In this document: positions 1-22,174 of the stretch, in pieces | Numbering within the stretch: the first letter of the stretch is position 1 | How the letters are laid out: each line of letters starts with the position of its first letter | From: Paraspadella gotoi | Taxonomy: Eukaryota > Animalia > Chaetognatha | DNA: 64,000 bases | NCBI GenBank assembly: GCA_051294375.1 | Contig: CM119266.1 | Span: forward strand, 17,478,087 to 17,542,086 | Direction of reading: 5' to 3' | Notes under the pieces: model-generated | Seen by the model: the letters and a program-made list of their open reading frames with translations, nothing else | Databases searched by the model: none | Told to the model about the DNA's origin: nothing | Program-made: the position numbers and the translations under genes

Positions 1-189
1 TATCTAGAATCGGTAAACCGGATTCTAGAATCAAAAATCGCTCATTTAGAATCGGGTGTAGAGACTCAAAAAAATCCCAAAGTCAAAAGTCATAAAATCC
101 GAGGCCGACTCTTGCCGATGCGAGATAACCCCAATGTAAATAATTAACATAAACAGAGAGAGAGAGAATGAGAGAGAGAGACAGACAGA

Positions 190-386
190 CTGTTGGGTCG
201 TAGATAAACTAATTCCGTACGTTGGTTTATTATTCCGAGCGTTTAGTCCGTGTTAGGAGTTAAAATCCACAAAATAGAAAAGCTTTAGAGAAGTTAATCC
301 AAGTTTTTTTTTGTATTGAAGGCGCACGGCCATTATTCGCATCGGAAAGGCAAATCGTCTCTGTTTATCGGGTGAAAGAAGAGAAG

Positions 387-449
<63 letters not shown>

Positions 450-678
450 AGAGAGAGAAGAGAGAGAGAGAACGGATGCGAAAAAAAATCAGTTTCGTGA
501 GCAGAAGAAAAAAGTTCTTTTTCATCTTCGATATACTAAACAAAGAGGCAAGAGCAGGCTGTCCTCTCTCTCTTTCTCTTCTCTCTCCTGCCTTGGAGAG
601 AGTGAGACAGAGGAGGGGTTAAAGAGAGAGACAGAGGGGCCAAAGGGTCGAAAATTCGCCAGACTTTTTCCATGCGCC

Positions 679-733
<55 letters not shown>

Positions 734-734
734 G

Positions 735-766
<32 letters not shown>

Positions 767-2570
767 AATAAGCCAACCAATCAGGTTATCAGTGATCTCA
801 AAAGTCAGCCAATCAGAAACTTTGCTCTGAGAATAGCAAAAAGAGCGAAAAGATGCCCGGCGATAAATTTTTTATTACGTCTGGTACCCTAACGAGCGTG
901 ATTCCACCAATGAGACGACGAGACGATGAATTCTCGACCAATCAGAGACTCTTCCACTGCTTTCTTCCCCAGACACGATCGAGCCGACGATCGATTTGCG
1001 TTTCGACCAATCGGAATTACGGATTTTCTAGGGGCGACCAATCAGAACATCCGAAACTTAAGAAGTTTTAGCTGAGTGTACAATTTTTTTGCCCAAGCAT
1101 TATTTCCTTGCAAGAGGGAGAAGAGAGAGAGAGAGAGAGAGACTTTTTTTGTCAGATGCTCCTTTTATCTGTTTCATTTTATCTTCACTTTACTTTTGGG
1201 AGATGAATTAAGTTTCACTTGATGTCTTTTTATTTTCGATGGTTAATTTATTCAGTTAATGAGATGCTTAATTGACGGTTGGGTCACCGAAGCTCCCTCG
1301 AATATAATTAACTCCCCTTTTTTTTAAAATTCGAACTTTTATTCTTGCATATTACTCCTTTTTTTCTATTTTTATATTTTTTTTCTATTTTACATTATTT
1401 TTATTTTACATTTTTTACCACGCTTTGTGAAGTTTCGAAATTGCTTTCTTCCCATTTCTTTTTGTCTCTTTCTGCTTTTTTTCTTCACTTTATTTTTCTT
1501 TCCCTCTTTCTTTTCAAAACAATCAAATTCGCGCTGCATGTTTGAATTATGCGGGCAAAACCTGAAGATGTTTATAAAATTCTTTCGCCCACAAATGATG
1601 TAAAAGAAAATAAGAAGATTGTGAAGAAAAATGATAGGATTATATATGATTAACAGTATTATTAGGCTCTAGAAGAAACATTTAATGCAAACAGTTATTC
1701 AGTAAAAATTTTAACTAGATAACTAGATTTTAACTAAATTTTAACTAGAATAATAATGATAATAATAATAGTAATAATAATAATACAGTAATAATACAAT
1801 TTTGGACTTAAAAACTAAAATCGCGATCTAATTTGATTTTTTTTTTAAATCGAGTTTCAAAGTTCAATAACCGCGACAGGCAACAGTCATCAGGCATCCA
1901 AATCAAAAAAGGTCGCTTTTTGAATCGGGCCAAAACGGCCTATTTTTGAGACAGGCCAGAAGGCTACTCAGTTGAAGTCATCATTGTCGTCCATGACAAC
2001 ATCACGAGAAAATCATCATTATCGTTATCATCATCGTATTTTGAATATATTTATTATCATCCTCATACAAACATTGTATTTATTCACCTCATTATTCCGC
2101 ATCATTACCGTCATCGGCATCATTTAAACTAATCATGATCATCATCATCATCATCAACATCATCATTCACATTCTCTTTAGTCGCTCTAAAATCCTTTCG
2201 TCCGAAAATCTTAATAATTCATAGTCGAAAATTTAATCATTTACGCCCACATCATTTCAATATTTACGCGAGAATTTTTCCATTAATTATTGACATGCAA
2301 GCTTTTCAATTTTTCACACTAAAACTTTTCAAATTATTCACACAAACATTTCCATTATTCACACTCAAGTTTTTTCCATTATTCACAGGCAAAGTTTTAC
2401 ATTATTGCCACGCAAACCATTATATTTTCCACAAGCAAACTTTATAATTATTCACATGGAAACTTTTCCATTACTCAACCGCAACTTTTCCATTACTCAA
2501 CCGCAAAAGTTTCCTTTTTCCATCTTGTCTCTCGATTATCGATTCCTTCGTCACACGCGAAACTTTTTTT
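190..2570 (-). CDS. Paralog 0 of the multi-PH/PTB-like docking protein family; partial, multi-exon, runs off the left edge, frameshifted in the assembly
   Basis: Manual minus-strand translation gives VAFWPVSKIGRFGP (1967-1926) and, after a frameshift, LLNFETR (~1850-1870), resembling IRS/Dok PTB motifs WP...LRR[FY]G and F.FET. DVLIGRP/RKS (~1051-1020) matches DIMRGRPRQS of paralog 1. RRFAFPM (~360-340) and HGLNA (252-238) match HYAFPL and FGLTALGA of paralog 1. Boundaries are approximate. Confidence 0.6.
2325..2505. repeat. Degenerate ~22-bp minisatellite (AACTTTTCCATTACTCAACCGC)
   Basis: Two exact copies at 2461-2504 and several diverged copies (ttccattattcac...) upstream. Confidence 0.85.
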
Positions 2571-2603
2571 TTGTAGGAAACAAAAAAGAAATAGAAGGCG
2601 AAA

Positions 2604-2630
2604 GTGATGATGATGATGATGATGATGATA

Positions 2631-2692
<62 letters not shown>

Positions 2693-2716
2693 GATGACGA
2701 TGACGACGACGACGAC
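2604..2716. repeat. (GAT)n/(GAC)n microsatellite
   Basis: Directly visible; it produces the poly-D, poly-M and poly-I ORFs in the track. Confidence 0.97.
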
Positions 2717-2805
2717 AACTCGGATCACAGATGGTGCCACCCTTAGTGTCTCTGGTCGAAAGTTGCGAAGTCGGCGAAAAAATCTGACGCGTTGGACTGA
2801 CTGAG

Positions 2806-3030
2806 GCCAGAATAAAGGAGCATTATGGCAAGAATGTGGCAAGAATAAGGGAGCATTATGGCAAGAATGTGGCAAGAATAAGGGAGCATTATGGCGAGAA
2901 TGTGGAAAGAATGTGGGAAGAGTGTGGCAATAATCAAGGAATATTGAAACATTATGGCAAAACTGTGCCATGAATATATGAAGAATATGCCAAAACTGTG
3001 GGAAGAATATGGGAATATTATGCCAAGGAA
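2806..3030. repeat. 33-bp (3 x 11 bp) minisatellite GGAGCATTATGGCAAGAATGTGGCAAGAATAAG, decaying to the right
   Basis: Two exact 33-mers plus a partial third at ~2817-2900, followed by degenerate 11-bp units. Confidence 0.9.
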
Positions 3031-3405
3031 AACTCGGGCAATATTGTTGTTGCCACAGTCTTGTCCTGATTGCAGCCAGAGTCTGCCAAGAGCCAACAGT
3101 CGAGGAAGAGTTTTGAGACAGTCTGGAAAACTTGAGATAAGAATCTGATGCGAGCGTTTGGCTCACGTCGCCCATCAGCAAGAATTTGCGCGCGTCTTGC
3201 GGAATTCTGGCGCGATTCTGCCATCGACAGACGTTGATGACGAAGCGAAATCGTCGTTGGTCAAAAAAACAAGAAGAGGATGGTGATGATGATGATGTGA
3301 TGATGACGATGATTATGATACAAGATAAAAGGTAAATGAAGACTTCAAGATTGAATTTTTATCATATTTTAAAATCTCTCCTCCTTATTTCTCTCTCTCT
3401 CTCCT

Positions 3406-3468
<63 letters not shown>

Positions 3469-3762
3469 TCTCTCTCTCTCTCTCCTCTTCTTCTCTCTCT
3501 TTCTCTCTCTCTCGCTCTCGCTCATCGTCTCGCCCAAGAAAAATCCCAAGAATGAAAATAAAATTTGGGGCAAAAAAAAAATCGAATTTGAAATCGAATT
3601 TCTATGGTGTAAGGAATTGATGAAATAGAAAGAAGAAAGAGTTTAACTTTGTAGTTTGTCAGCGGTTTTTAAGTAGTTTGTTTTAGTCTTTTGTAAGTAG
3701 TTTGTTTACATTTTTTTAAATTTTAATTTAAAATAATTAATTTCTTTCATACCTCATTTCAG

Positions 3763-4033
3763 AACAGGAGGGTCTGTCAATCAATGCTTAAATGTCTGAT
3801 TGTCTGTCACTCAATCAGCTCGAAAAATTTACAACTACTACCACGAGTTAATGGTAAGAAATAACTAGAGACAATGACGACGAAAACGACGACGACGACG
3901 TCGACGAATACGACGACGAAAATGTCGACGTTAACAACGACGACGTCGATGTACCAGATTTTCGAATCTTGAAGAGAAGTTTTTGTCAAAACAAACAAAA
4001 TCTTTGCAGGAAAATATTTTTTTCTGCTTTTTC

Positions 4034-4076
<43 letters not shown>

Positions 4077-4255
4077 TCTCTCTCTCTGCTCTCTCTCTCA
4101 TCTCTCTCTCGTCTCCTTTGGATTAACAAGGCGTTTACAATTCGCGATGAGCCAAGGCGAATCCTTTGCTTGACCTACAATTTATAATCCTAACAATCCA
4201 TTATCCATCGGCAGCTTAGATAGATAGATAGAGAGAGAGAGGAGAGAGAGAGAAG

Positions 4256-4293
<38 letters not shown>

Positions 4294-4833
4294 CTTCACA
4301 ATTTAAAGTCGATAAAAGTTCACAGTTGTTTTTCTATTTGTTATAAGAAATGATTGATCATTGTCAGTATCCTCGTTGTCATCATCATCATTATTATCAT
4401 ATAATCATTATCATCATCATTCATTCATCATTATAATTTATACACAGGAAAAAAGAATAAGGAAAATTGGAAAATTATGAAGATCATGAAAATTATGAAA
4501 AACAATAACTTTTCTTCATAAAATTATTTCTTTTTTGTGCCAAACGTATAAAACGATAATTTTGTTCTCCCTCGATTAAATTTAGATTTTTAACGTTTTA
4601 ATTTAAATACAAGTTTATCTAAATCAAGCTTAAGTCTCGAGGGTATTTCATTCCAATCAATGTTTCTAAAACTCTTCGACTTCGTCTTTCATTTTTATCT
4701 TTTATCTTTTTTTTAAGGGAAGGGTGGAAATAATATCATTCATCATTTTTTTTGTGTGTGTGTGTGAGATAAAAAAGGCGTAAAGATCATCTGAAAATCA
4801 TAAACTATCTAGATAAGAAAGAGAGAGAGAGAG

Positions 4834-4926
<93 letters not shown>

Positions 4927-5303
4927 ATTCTTTTTTTTTCGTTAAAAACTTTTCTGTTACTCATTCTGTCTTTTTTTTCTACTTATTTTTTCTCATAATT
5001 CTAATCCATTCTAATGAAAATGGTTCAGCCAATATAAAATTATTCATTCATTTGATTAATTGACTGACTTTGAACAGACTATGGTGGGTGAGGCCTCCTT
5101 TTCTTCGACAAGATAACAAAACAGCAGTGTCCCGCAAGCTTTCAATCAAAAGACTTCCACAATATATTTTATTAACTGTTCAAGTTTGTCGTTACATTTT
5201 TTTAAATCTTATTAATGTTTGTTTTTTGTTGTTTTTTTTCTTCTTATTTTACCGTCTTTCTTTCTGAACTTTCTCTTTTAACTTTCCCTTTCAAGTTTTT
5301 CCC

Positions 5304-5359
<56 letters not shown>

Positions 5360-5811
5360 GAAACTCGATCTTCTATTTCCGCTAAAAAAAAATAAAAAAA
5401 AAAACTTTTCCTAGATTTTTTAACAAGAAAAGAAAGATTTTAAATTCTGACGATGAATGTTATATTAATTTAGTTGATATTTGCGATTTTGCTTTAATTT
5501 GATAATAATAAAAAATAAGTAAAATGACCTAATCAATGTCATTTCATAACTACAGGGTTTCCTTCCCCCGTTGTTTATTTTATGCTGTTTTCCTTTTTTT
5601 TCGTCATCGTCTTCGTCGTCTTCTTCGTCGTTGTCAGCGACGTCGTCTTTGTCGTTATAGTTGAATTTGTAGTTGTAGTTATTTCATTAATGTCAGGGAA
5701 AAAATAGTTTCTATCCAGAATTACTTTATTCTCTTTTATAAAATACGTATTTAAATAATCCATTAAGCAAACTTCCCTTCTAATTTTTTACAGGGTATTC
5801 CGCTATGGTGG
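3763..5811 (+). other. Series of candidate micro-exons: 3763-3771 (9 nt), 4718-4723 (6 nt), 5078-5087 (10 nt), 5794-5811 (18 nt)
   Basis: Each is a G-rich island in AT-rich DNA, preceded by AG after a T-rich tract and ending GG|GT. The last two share CTATGGTGG|GTGA and have branch-like CTGAC/CTAAT motifs upstream. Confidence 0.4.
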
Positions 5812-5956
5812 GTGAAGATTTCATTCCCTCTTAATAACTAATTCTTTTTTTTTTTATTCTTACTTTCATTCGTTTTTTTCTGTCCTTGATTTTTCCTACT
5901 GTGGTTCGTTTCTCCTTATTTTTAACTTTAACATTATCTACGTAAATCATAGGTTA

Positions 5957-15150
<9,194 letters not shown>

Positions 15151-15177
15151 AAATTTAAAAGGGCAAGCGGGAGGAAA

Positions 15178-15253
<76 letters not shown>

Positions 15254-15416
15254 TGAGAGAGAGGAGAGAGAGAAGCAGAGAGAGAGGCAGAGAGAGAGAA
15301 GAAGAGAGAGAGAGAGAGGAGAGAGAGAAAGTGGGAAGAAGAACGAACAGACGAAGGGCGAGGGAGAGAAGGAGAGTTTTATGAGAGAAGTCATATGTCT
15401 TAATTAAAAACTCTCT

Positions 15417-15467
<51 letters not shown>

Positions 15468-17135
15468 GAGAGAGAGGAAGAAGAGAGAGAGATAGAGAGA
15501 GAATATTAATAAAAAAACAATGAGGGTGTAAATGAAATTAGTTGTGTTTTTGGGACGCGCGAAGTATGGGAAAAGTCGTAAGGTGATAAAGAAAAAGAGA
15601 GAGAGAGAAAAAAAAGAGAGAGAGAGAAGAGAGAGAGAAAGAGAGAGAGAGGAGAAAAGGAGAGAGAAAGAAGAAAGAGAGAGAGAGAAGAGAAGAGAGA
15701 GAGAGACTTTGTGTGTACAGAGTTTGGATACTCCAACCTTAAGGGAAAAAAAAATTTACTGTCAAATTACAATAGTTTTACATTAGTTTATTGTTTGGAA
15801 GATGAGGTTTTAACATGTTTGAATTCATGAACCATAATTCGTCCAAAGAACAATGTGGAAGACAAAAAGAAGGCAACGAAATAAAGAAAATAAAGAAAGA
15901 ATTTTTTTTAAGATAAGGATTGAAAACGGGAAACGAACCTATACTTCAGGTAATAGTAAATGCGTTTGTTTGATTTGGAAGACTCTTTACCTTCAATTAA
16001 AGCATAAAAGATTTACAGTCTTCAGTTTACAGTTCTGAAAAAAGAAAGCAACAATGCAAGTACAGTTGTGAACTAGTACACTTACTATGCCGCTAAAGCT
16101 CGTGGGCACCAAATAAAAACCTTTTGCCTGTGATACTTTTTTATTAATACCCTTACAACAATAATAAAAAGTTAGAAGTTCAATTAACTTTTTTATAACA
16201 AAATACCGTGTGAATCTTAAACAAGAGTCAATTAAACAATAAATTGGCTTTGATCTACATTAATAAAAATGATGATAAGTATAAATTGTTTTAATCTACA
16301 AGAGAAAAAAAATAATTCAAAAATATTTCCAATATTTTTTAAAATTTTATTTTTTTCATTTTTTTTTTCTGTATAAAACAATCAATAAAAAATTTTATAA
16401 CAAAAGAAAAGGGAGAGGGAGGAGCAGAGAGAGAGAGAGAGAGAGAGAAGAAGAGGAAGGAGAGACGAGAGAGAGAGAGAGAGGGAGAGAGAGAGAAGAG
16501 AGAGAAAGTGGGCACCGAAAAAAATTCGGCACCCGATGGGAAATTTGTGACGACGACGCTAAAAGAATCAATCGTGCCGAGAGGGAGAGCGACGCGAAAT
16601 CGACAAACAGAGAACAGAGTCAAAAAGATTAAAAAATTAAAAAAAAAAAAAGAAAAAGAGACAAAAGTAAAAGAAGAGAATCGATTAAAAGTCTCAATAT
16701 GGACTCATCAAGGAAGGGAAGGAAGGAAGGAAGGGAAGGGAAGGGAAGGAAGGGAAGGGAAGGGAGAAGGGAAGGGAAGGGAAAGGGTAGGCTAGCGGAA
16801 AGGGAAGGGATAACAAATGTGGGAATGGAAAAAAAATAAACAGAGAAAATACGTAATTAAGGACACAGGTATAGAGAGTAGAATAAGATAGATCAGATAG
16901 GATAGATAATTGTACATGGACCTAGGTAACCTCTTGCAAGAAGGACCTATACGAGGTAACAGTGGTTCCGTTCATTTAAATTTCTTTAAAAGGTTTTACA
17001 GTTAAAAGTCCTACCAGATCATTATCACTTTATCCCTTATCATGTATCGATTATCATTATCATTATCGATACTAATATAAGTTAGAATCAATTAAAAAAA
17101 AAAGGAATGTGTCGCCTTATAAACCTACGACTTAC

Positions 17136-17435
17136 GCAAAAATGATTCATATAAAATAACACCCCGAGACATTTATGTAGATGACTGGAACATTGTCATC
17201 GCTAGGATGTGTCAGGATTGGATGGATGATAGTGGTCTCATTTCCCATTATTTTGGGGCGACGGTAATCCCCGAAAACTTTGTGTGTTTGACGATGTTGA
17301 AAATTCGATTTTTGGCTCTTTTTTTTAAGGGTTTCTGAAAGCTTATTTCGGCCAATGCGTCCAGTAACAGCCACGCTTTCTGTTTGTTCATACCTTCCTC
17401 TCGTAAAAAATTTTTCCTCTCCAGTCACTAGGATT
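17136..17435 (-). CDS. Possible upstream coding exon(s) of paralog 1
   Basis: Non-repetitive 93-aa open frame with strong minus-strand donors (GTATGA ~17392, GTAAGT ~17135). No clear motif match to the other paralogs, and the strand is not certain. Confidence 0.3.
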
Positions 17436-17611
17436 CTAAACTCAAATTTGAAAAAAAAAAATGTGCCTTCGGGTTCTCTGGCAAATCTCCTCTTCTCTCT
17501 CTCTTCCTCTCNNNNNNNNNNNNNNNNNNNNNNNNNNNNNNNNNNNNNNNNNNNNNNNNNNNNNNNNNNNNNNNNNNNNNNNNNNNNNNNNNNNNNNNNN
17601 NNNNNNNNNNN

Positions 17612-19143
17612 AAAAAAAATTTACTGTCAAATTACAATAGTTTACATTAGTTATTTGTTTTGGAAGATGAGGTTTACATTTTTTGAATTCATAACATAAT
17701 TCGTCAAAGAACAATGTGGAAGAAAAAAAGAAGGACGAAATAAAGAAATAAAGAAAGAATTTTTTTTAAGATAGGATTGAAAACGGGAAAGAACTATACT
17801 TCAGGTAAAGTAAAATGCGTTTGTTTGATTTGGAAGATCTTTACCTTCATTAAAGCCATAAAGATTTACAGTCTTAGTTTTACAGTTTGAAAAAAAGAAC
17901 AATCAGTACAGTTGTGGAACTCAGTACACTTACTACTCCCGTTAAAGTCGTGGCACCAAATAAAAACCTTTTGCTGATGATACTTTTTTATAATTACCCG
18001 TTACAACAATAATAAAAAGTTAGAGTTCAATTAACTTTTTTATAACAAGATACGTGTGAATTTAAACAAGAGTCAATTAAACATAAATTTGGCTTGATCT
18101 ACATTTAATAAAAATGATGATAAGTATAAATTGTTTTATCTTAACAAGAGAAAAAAAATAATTCAAAAATATTTCAATATTTTTAAAATTTATTTTTTCA
18201 TTTTTTTTTNNNNNNNNNNNNNNNNNNNNNNNNNNNNNNNNNNNNNNNNNNNNNNNNNNNNNNNNNNNNNNNNNNNNNNNNNNNNNNNNNNNNNNNNNNN
18301 NNNNNNNNNNNNNNNNNNNNNNNNNNNNNNNNNNNNNNNNNNNNNNNNNNNNNNNNNNNNNNNNNNNNNNNNNNNNNNNNNNNNNNNNNNNNNNNNNNNN
18401 NNNNNNNNNNNNNNNNNNNNNNNNNNNNNNNNNNNNNNNNNNNNNNNNNNNNNNNNNNNNNNNNNNNNNNNNNNNNNNNNNNNNNNNNNNNNNNNNNNNN
18501 NNNNNNNNNNNNNNNNNNNNNNNNNNNNNNNNNNNNNNNNNNNNNNNNNNNNNNNNNNNNNNNNNNNNNNNNNNNNNNNNNNNNNNNNNNNNNNNNNNNN
18601 NNNNNNNNNNNNNNNNNNNNNNNNNNNNNNNNNNNNNNNNNNNNNNNNNNNNNNNNNNNNNNNNNNNNNNNNNNNNNNNNNNNNNNNNNNNNNNNNNNNN
18701 NNNNNNNNNNNNNNNNNNNNNNNNNNNNNNNNNNNNNNNNNNNNNNNNNNNNNAATCATTATCTGCTAAAGGTCGATACTAATCATAAGTTAGAACTCAA
18801 TTAAAAAAAAAAGGAATTGTCGCCTTATAACCTACGAGCTACGCAAAAATGATTCATATTAAAATAACACACGAGACATTTATGTAGTGACTGGAACATT
18901 GTCATCGTCTAGGATTGTGTCCAGGATTGATGGATGATGATGTGGGTCTCTTTCCCTTATTTTGGCGACGTAATCCCCGAAAACTTCTGTGTGTTTGACG
19001 ATGTTGAAAATTCGGTTTTTGGCTCTTTTTTTAAGGGTTTCTGAAAGCTTATTTCGGCCAATGGCGTCCAGTACAGCCACGCTTTCTGTTTGTTCCATAA
19101 CACTCGTCTCGTAAAAAAAATTATTTCTCTCTCAATAGATTCT
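17612..19143 (+). repeat. Direct duplicate of ~15745-17430, gap-flanked and differing mainly by 1-nt indels (probable assembly artefact)
   Basis: aaaatttactgtcaaattacaatag at ~15751 and ~17616; gactggaacattgtcatc at ~17183 and ~18889. Confidence 0.9.
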
Positions 19144-19756
19144 NNNNNNNNNNNNNNNNNNNNNNNNNNNNNNNNNNNNNNNNNNNNNNNNNNNNNNNNN
19201 NNNNNNNNNNNNNNNNNNNNNNNNNNNNNNNNNNNNNNNNNNNNNNNNNNNNNNNNNNNNNNNNNNNNNNNNNNNNNNNNNNNNNNNNNNNNNNNNNNNN
19301 NNNNNNNNNNNNNNNNNNNNNNNNNNNNNNNNNNNNNNNNNNNNNNNNNNNNNNNNNNNNNNNNNNNNNNNNNNNNNNTTCTGAAATAATGATTGTAAAT
19401 CCCGATAAATTATTATAAATTATTAGGAACGAAACATGATGAAAGCTTCGAGCGTTGTTCGATCAAGATGACAGACGAGTTGGCCAATTTATAAATACTG
19501 CAAAATAATAATTATTAAAAAAAAGAAAGCAAGTCTGGCTTTNNNNNNNNNNNNNNNNNNNNNNNNNNNNNNNNNNNNNNNNNNNNNNNNNNNNNNNNNN
19601 NNNNNNNNNNNNNNNNNNNNNNNNNNNNNNNNNNNNNNNNNNNNNNNNNNNNNNNNNNNNNNNNNNNNNNNNNNNNNNNNNNNNNNNNNNNNNNNNNNNN
19701 NNNNNNNNNNNNNNNNNNNNNNNNNNNNNNNNNNNNNNNNNNNNNNNNNNNNNNNN

Positions 19757-19930
19757 AACACGTATTACTATTAGAGGGAAGGCTTCGGATTAACGTTCAT
19801 TGTGAGCAATCTGTTATGTGGGATGTCCACCCGATGGTCTGTGAGACATTCCGTGGGTCCGTGATGTTTCGCCATGCTTGGTTTCCAGGCTCCCGGTCGC
19901 AGGATTACAGAGACTCGCCGTGAGCTCCAC
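19757..19930 (-). other. Copy A of a three-copy acceptor-flanked segment (GTGGAG...CCTGCGACCGGGAGCCTGGAAACC...)
   Basis: About 90% identical to 39321-39495 by manual alignment; begins right after ttatcag and downstream of a (TTCC)n tract. Confidence 0.85.
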
Positions 19931-22174
19931 CTGATAAATTGAGGTTTGATTGATTGATATAAATAAGGAAAGGAAGGAAGGAAGGAAGGAAGGAANNNNN
20001 NNNNNNNNNNNNNNNNNNNNNNNNNNNNNNNNNNNNNNNNNNNNNNNNNNNNNNNNNNNNNNNNNNNNNNNNNNNNNNNNNNNNNNNNNNNNNNNNNNNN
20101 NNNNNNNNNNNNNNNNNNNNNNNNNNNNNNNNNNNNNNNNNNNNNNNNNNNNNNNNNNNNNNNNNNNNNNNNNNNNNNNNNNNNNNNNNNNNNNNNNNNN
20201 NNNNNNNNNNNNNNNNNNNNNNNGGAAGGAAGGAAGGAAGGAAGGAAGGAAGGAAGGAAAGCAATTTTTCAAGGTAGTAGCCATGGGCTAATTCTATTAT
20301 ATTTCGCTGTTAATGTGTCACAGTAAAAGGAAATCCGCGTTCGAGCGAATTAATAAACTGGAAAACAATTCTATTTCCTCGAGTGGACGCGGAAAAAGGG
20401 AGAAAACGGGAGGGAAAGACGGACAAACGGGCTGGTAGTTTGACCGGNNNNNNNNNNNNNNNNNNNNNNNNNNNNNNNNNNNNNNNNNNNNNNNNNNNNN
20501 NNNNNNNNNNNNNNNNNNNNNNNNNNNNNNNNNNNNNNNNNNNNNNNNNNNNNNNNNNNNNNNNNNNNNNNNNNNNNNNNNNNNNNNNNNNNNNNNNNNN
20601 NNNNNNNNNNNNNNNNNNNNNNNNNNNNNNNNNNNNNNNNNNNNNNNNNNNNNNNNNNNNNNNNNNNNNNNNNNNNNNNNNNNNNNNNNNNNNNNNNNNN
20701 NNNNNNNNNNNNNNNNGAGAGAGAGAGAGAGAGAGAGAGAGACAGGACAGAGAGAGAGAAGGAAAACATAAAACATAAAGAAAGAAAGGAAAAATGAAAA
20801 AAATAAGAAGGCGACGAAATTTGAAATTCTTTGTACAATTAAAACGAAGAAAGTCATAACTCGAAAAAATGTTTTTTTGTTGTTTTTTCTTTTTGAATGA
20901 AAGAATAATAAAAATAAAAAAGAAGTTGCTAAAATAAATATTAAAATAATTAAAGAAAAAGAAAAAGAGAAAAGAAAAGAAAAAAAAGAGAGAAAAAGAA
21001 AACCAAAAGAAAAGAAATAGAGAAGTTAGAAGTATTTTATAACGATTGGAAGACTGAAGGGAAATATGAGAAAGAGAAGTCGGGGAAAGAGAAGAAATTA
21101 GATAGAGACTAAAAAAGCGAATTAAGGACAAGGAAAAAGAAGTAAAAAAGGATAAGAAATGAGAAGAGAAAATAGAGAATAATAAAGAGCTAAGAGATGT
21201 ACAAAGAGAAAGAAAGAAAGAAAAGAGAAAACGAAAGAAAAGAAGAAAGAAAGATAGATAGAAAGAAATAAAGAAAAAACAAAGAAAGAAAGAAACACTA
21301 AAGGAAAAGAGATAATGAAAAAAAAAAGAAAGAAGCAAGAAAGGCAGTATTAATGCAATAGGGAAATAAATGAAAAAAGANNNNNNNNNNNNNNNNNNNN
21401 NNNNNNNNNNNNNNNNNNNNNNNNNNNNNNNNNNNNNNNNNNNNNNNNNNNNNNNNNNNNNNNNNNNAGAAAGAAAGAAAGAAAGAAAGAAAGAAAAAAA
21501 AAGAATGACATAGATAACCGAGAGGAAAGAAGGGACATAAAAAAAGGAGGAGTCGTCATTTCGTGACGAAATAAAAATAAAAATTAAAAAATTAAAAAAA
21601 TAAGAATATTAAAAAGACAGAGATTGTTTACATAAATTCCACTCGAAGTCAAAATAAAAAGAAAAAGACGTAAAAAGCAAAAAAAAAACACATTAGTTCA
21701 TGTATAAATTATATACATTAAATAAATTTAATTTTTAGTTTTTGGTCATTTCAAGGAGACTTCGGGCTTAGACGTTGTAAGATATCTTCATTAAAAATTT
21801 AATAATTGTTTTCTCTAGAGATAATTAGCTCAATGCAAAGGACTGATAATTACGACCATACGCCTCTCTGTCTACATATATACAACTATAAAATAAACTT
21901 TTTTACTAATTACAGTTATTCAAACATTAGGATCTTAAAAGCATTTTGGATTAATTGGGAGGTAAGTACAGATGTACGAACCGAAAGTTTAACCCTGAAT
22001 GAAAATGAAAATCGGGATGAATTAATCTGAATTAATCTGAATTAACCAAAAATAGAATGAAGGTGATGAAAAACTTTTTTTCCGGAATGAAAACGTGAAA
22101 AGAGAGTAGTTGTAACCAGGGGAATGGAATGCGGATCAAAGAGAGAGAGNNNNNNNNNNNNNNNNNNNNNNNNN

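Noticed and set aside
775-1045. Six CCAAT boxes resembling an NF-Y promoter cluster (similar runs at 9770-10465)
   Set aside because: They are the antisense of ATT GGT / GAT TGG codons in a paralog 0 exon, or intronic TGATTGG repeats in paralog 1. There is no independent promoter evidence.
2471-3240. 236-aa minus ORF, and a plus frame interrupted only by TGA (possible readthrough or selenoprotein)
   Set aside because: Both are explained by the 11/33-bp minisatellite and the (GAT)n tract. The TGA in the repeat aligns with Arg codons, not Cys or Trp, and ALYREF uses TGA as a normal stop.
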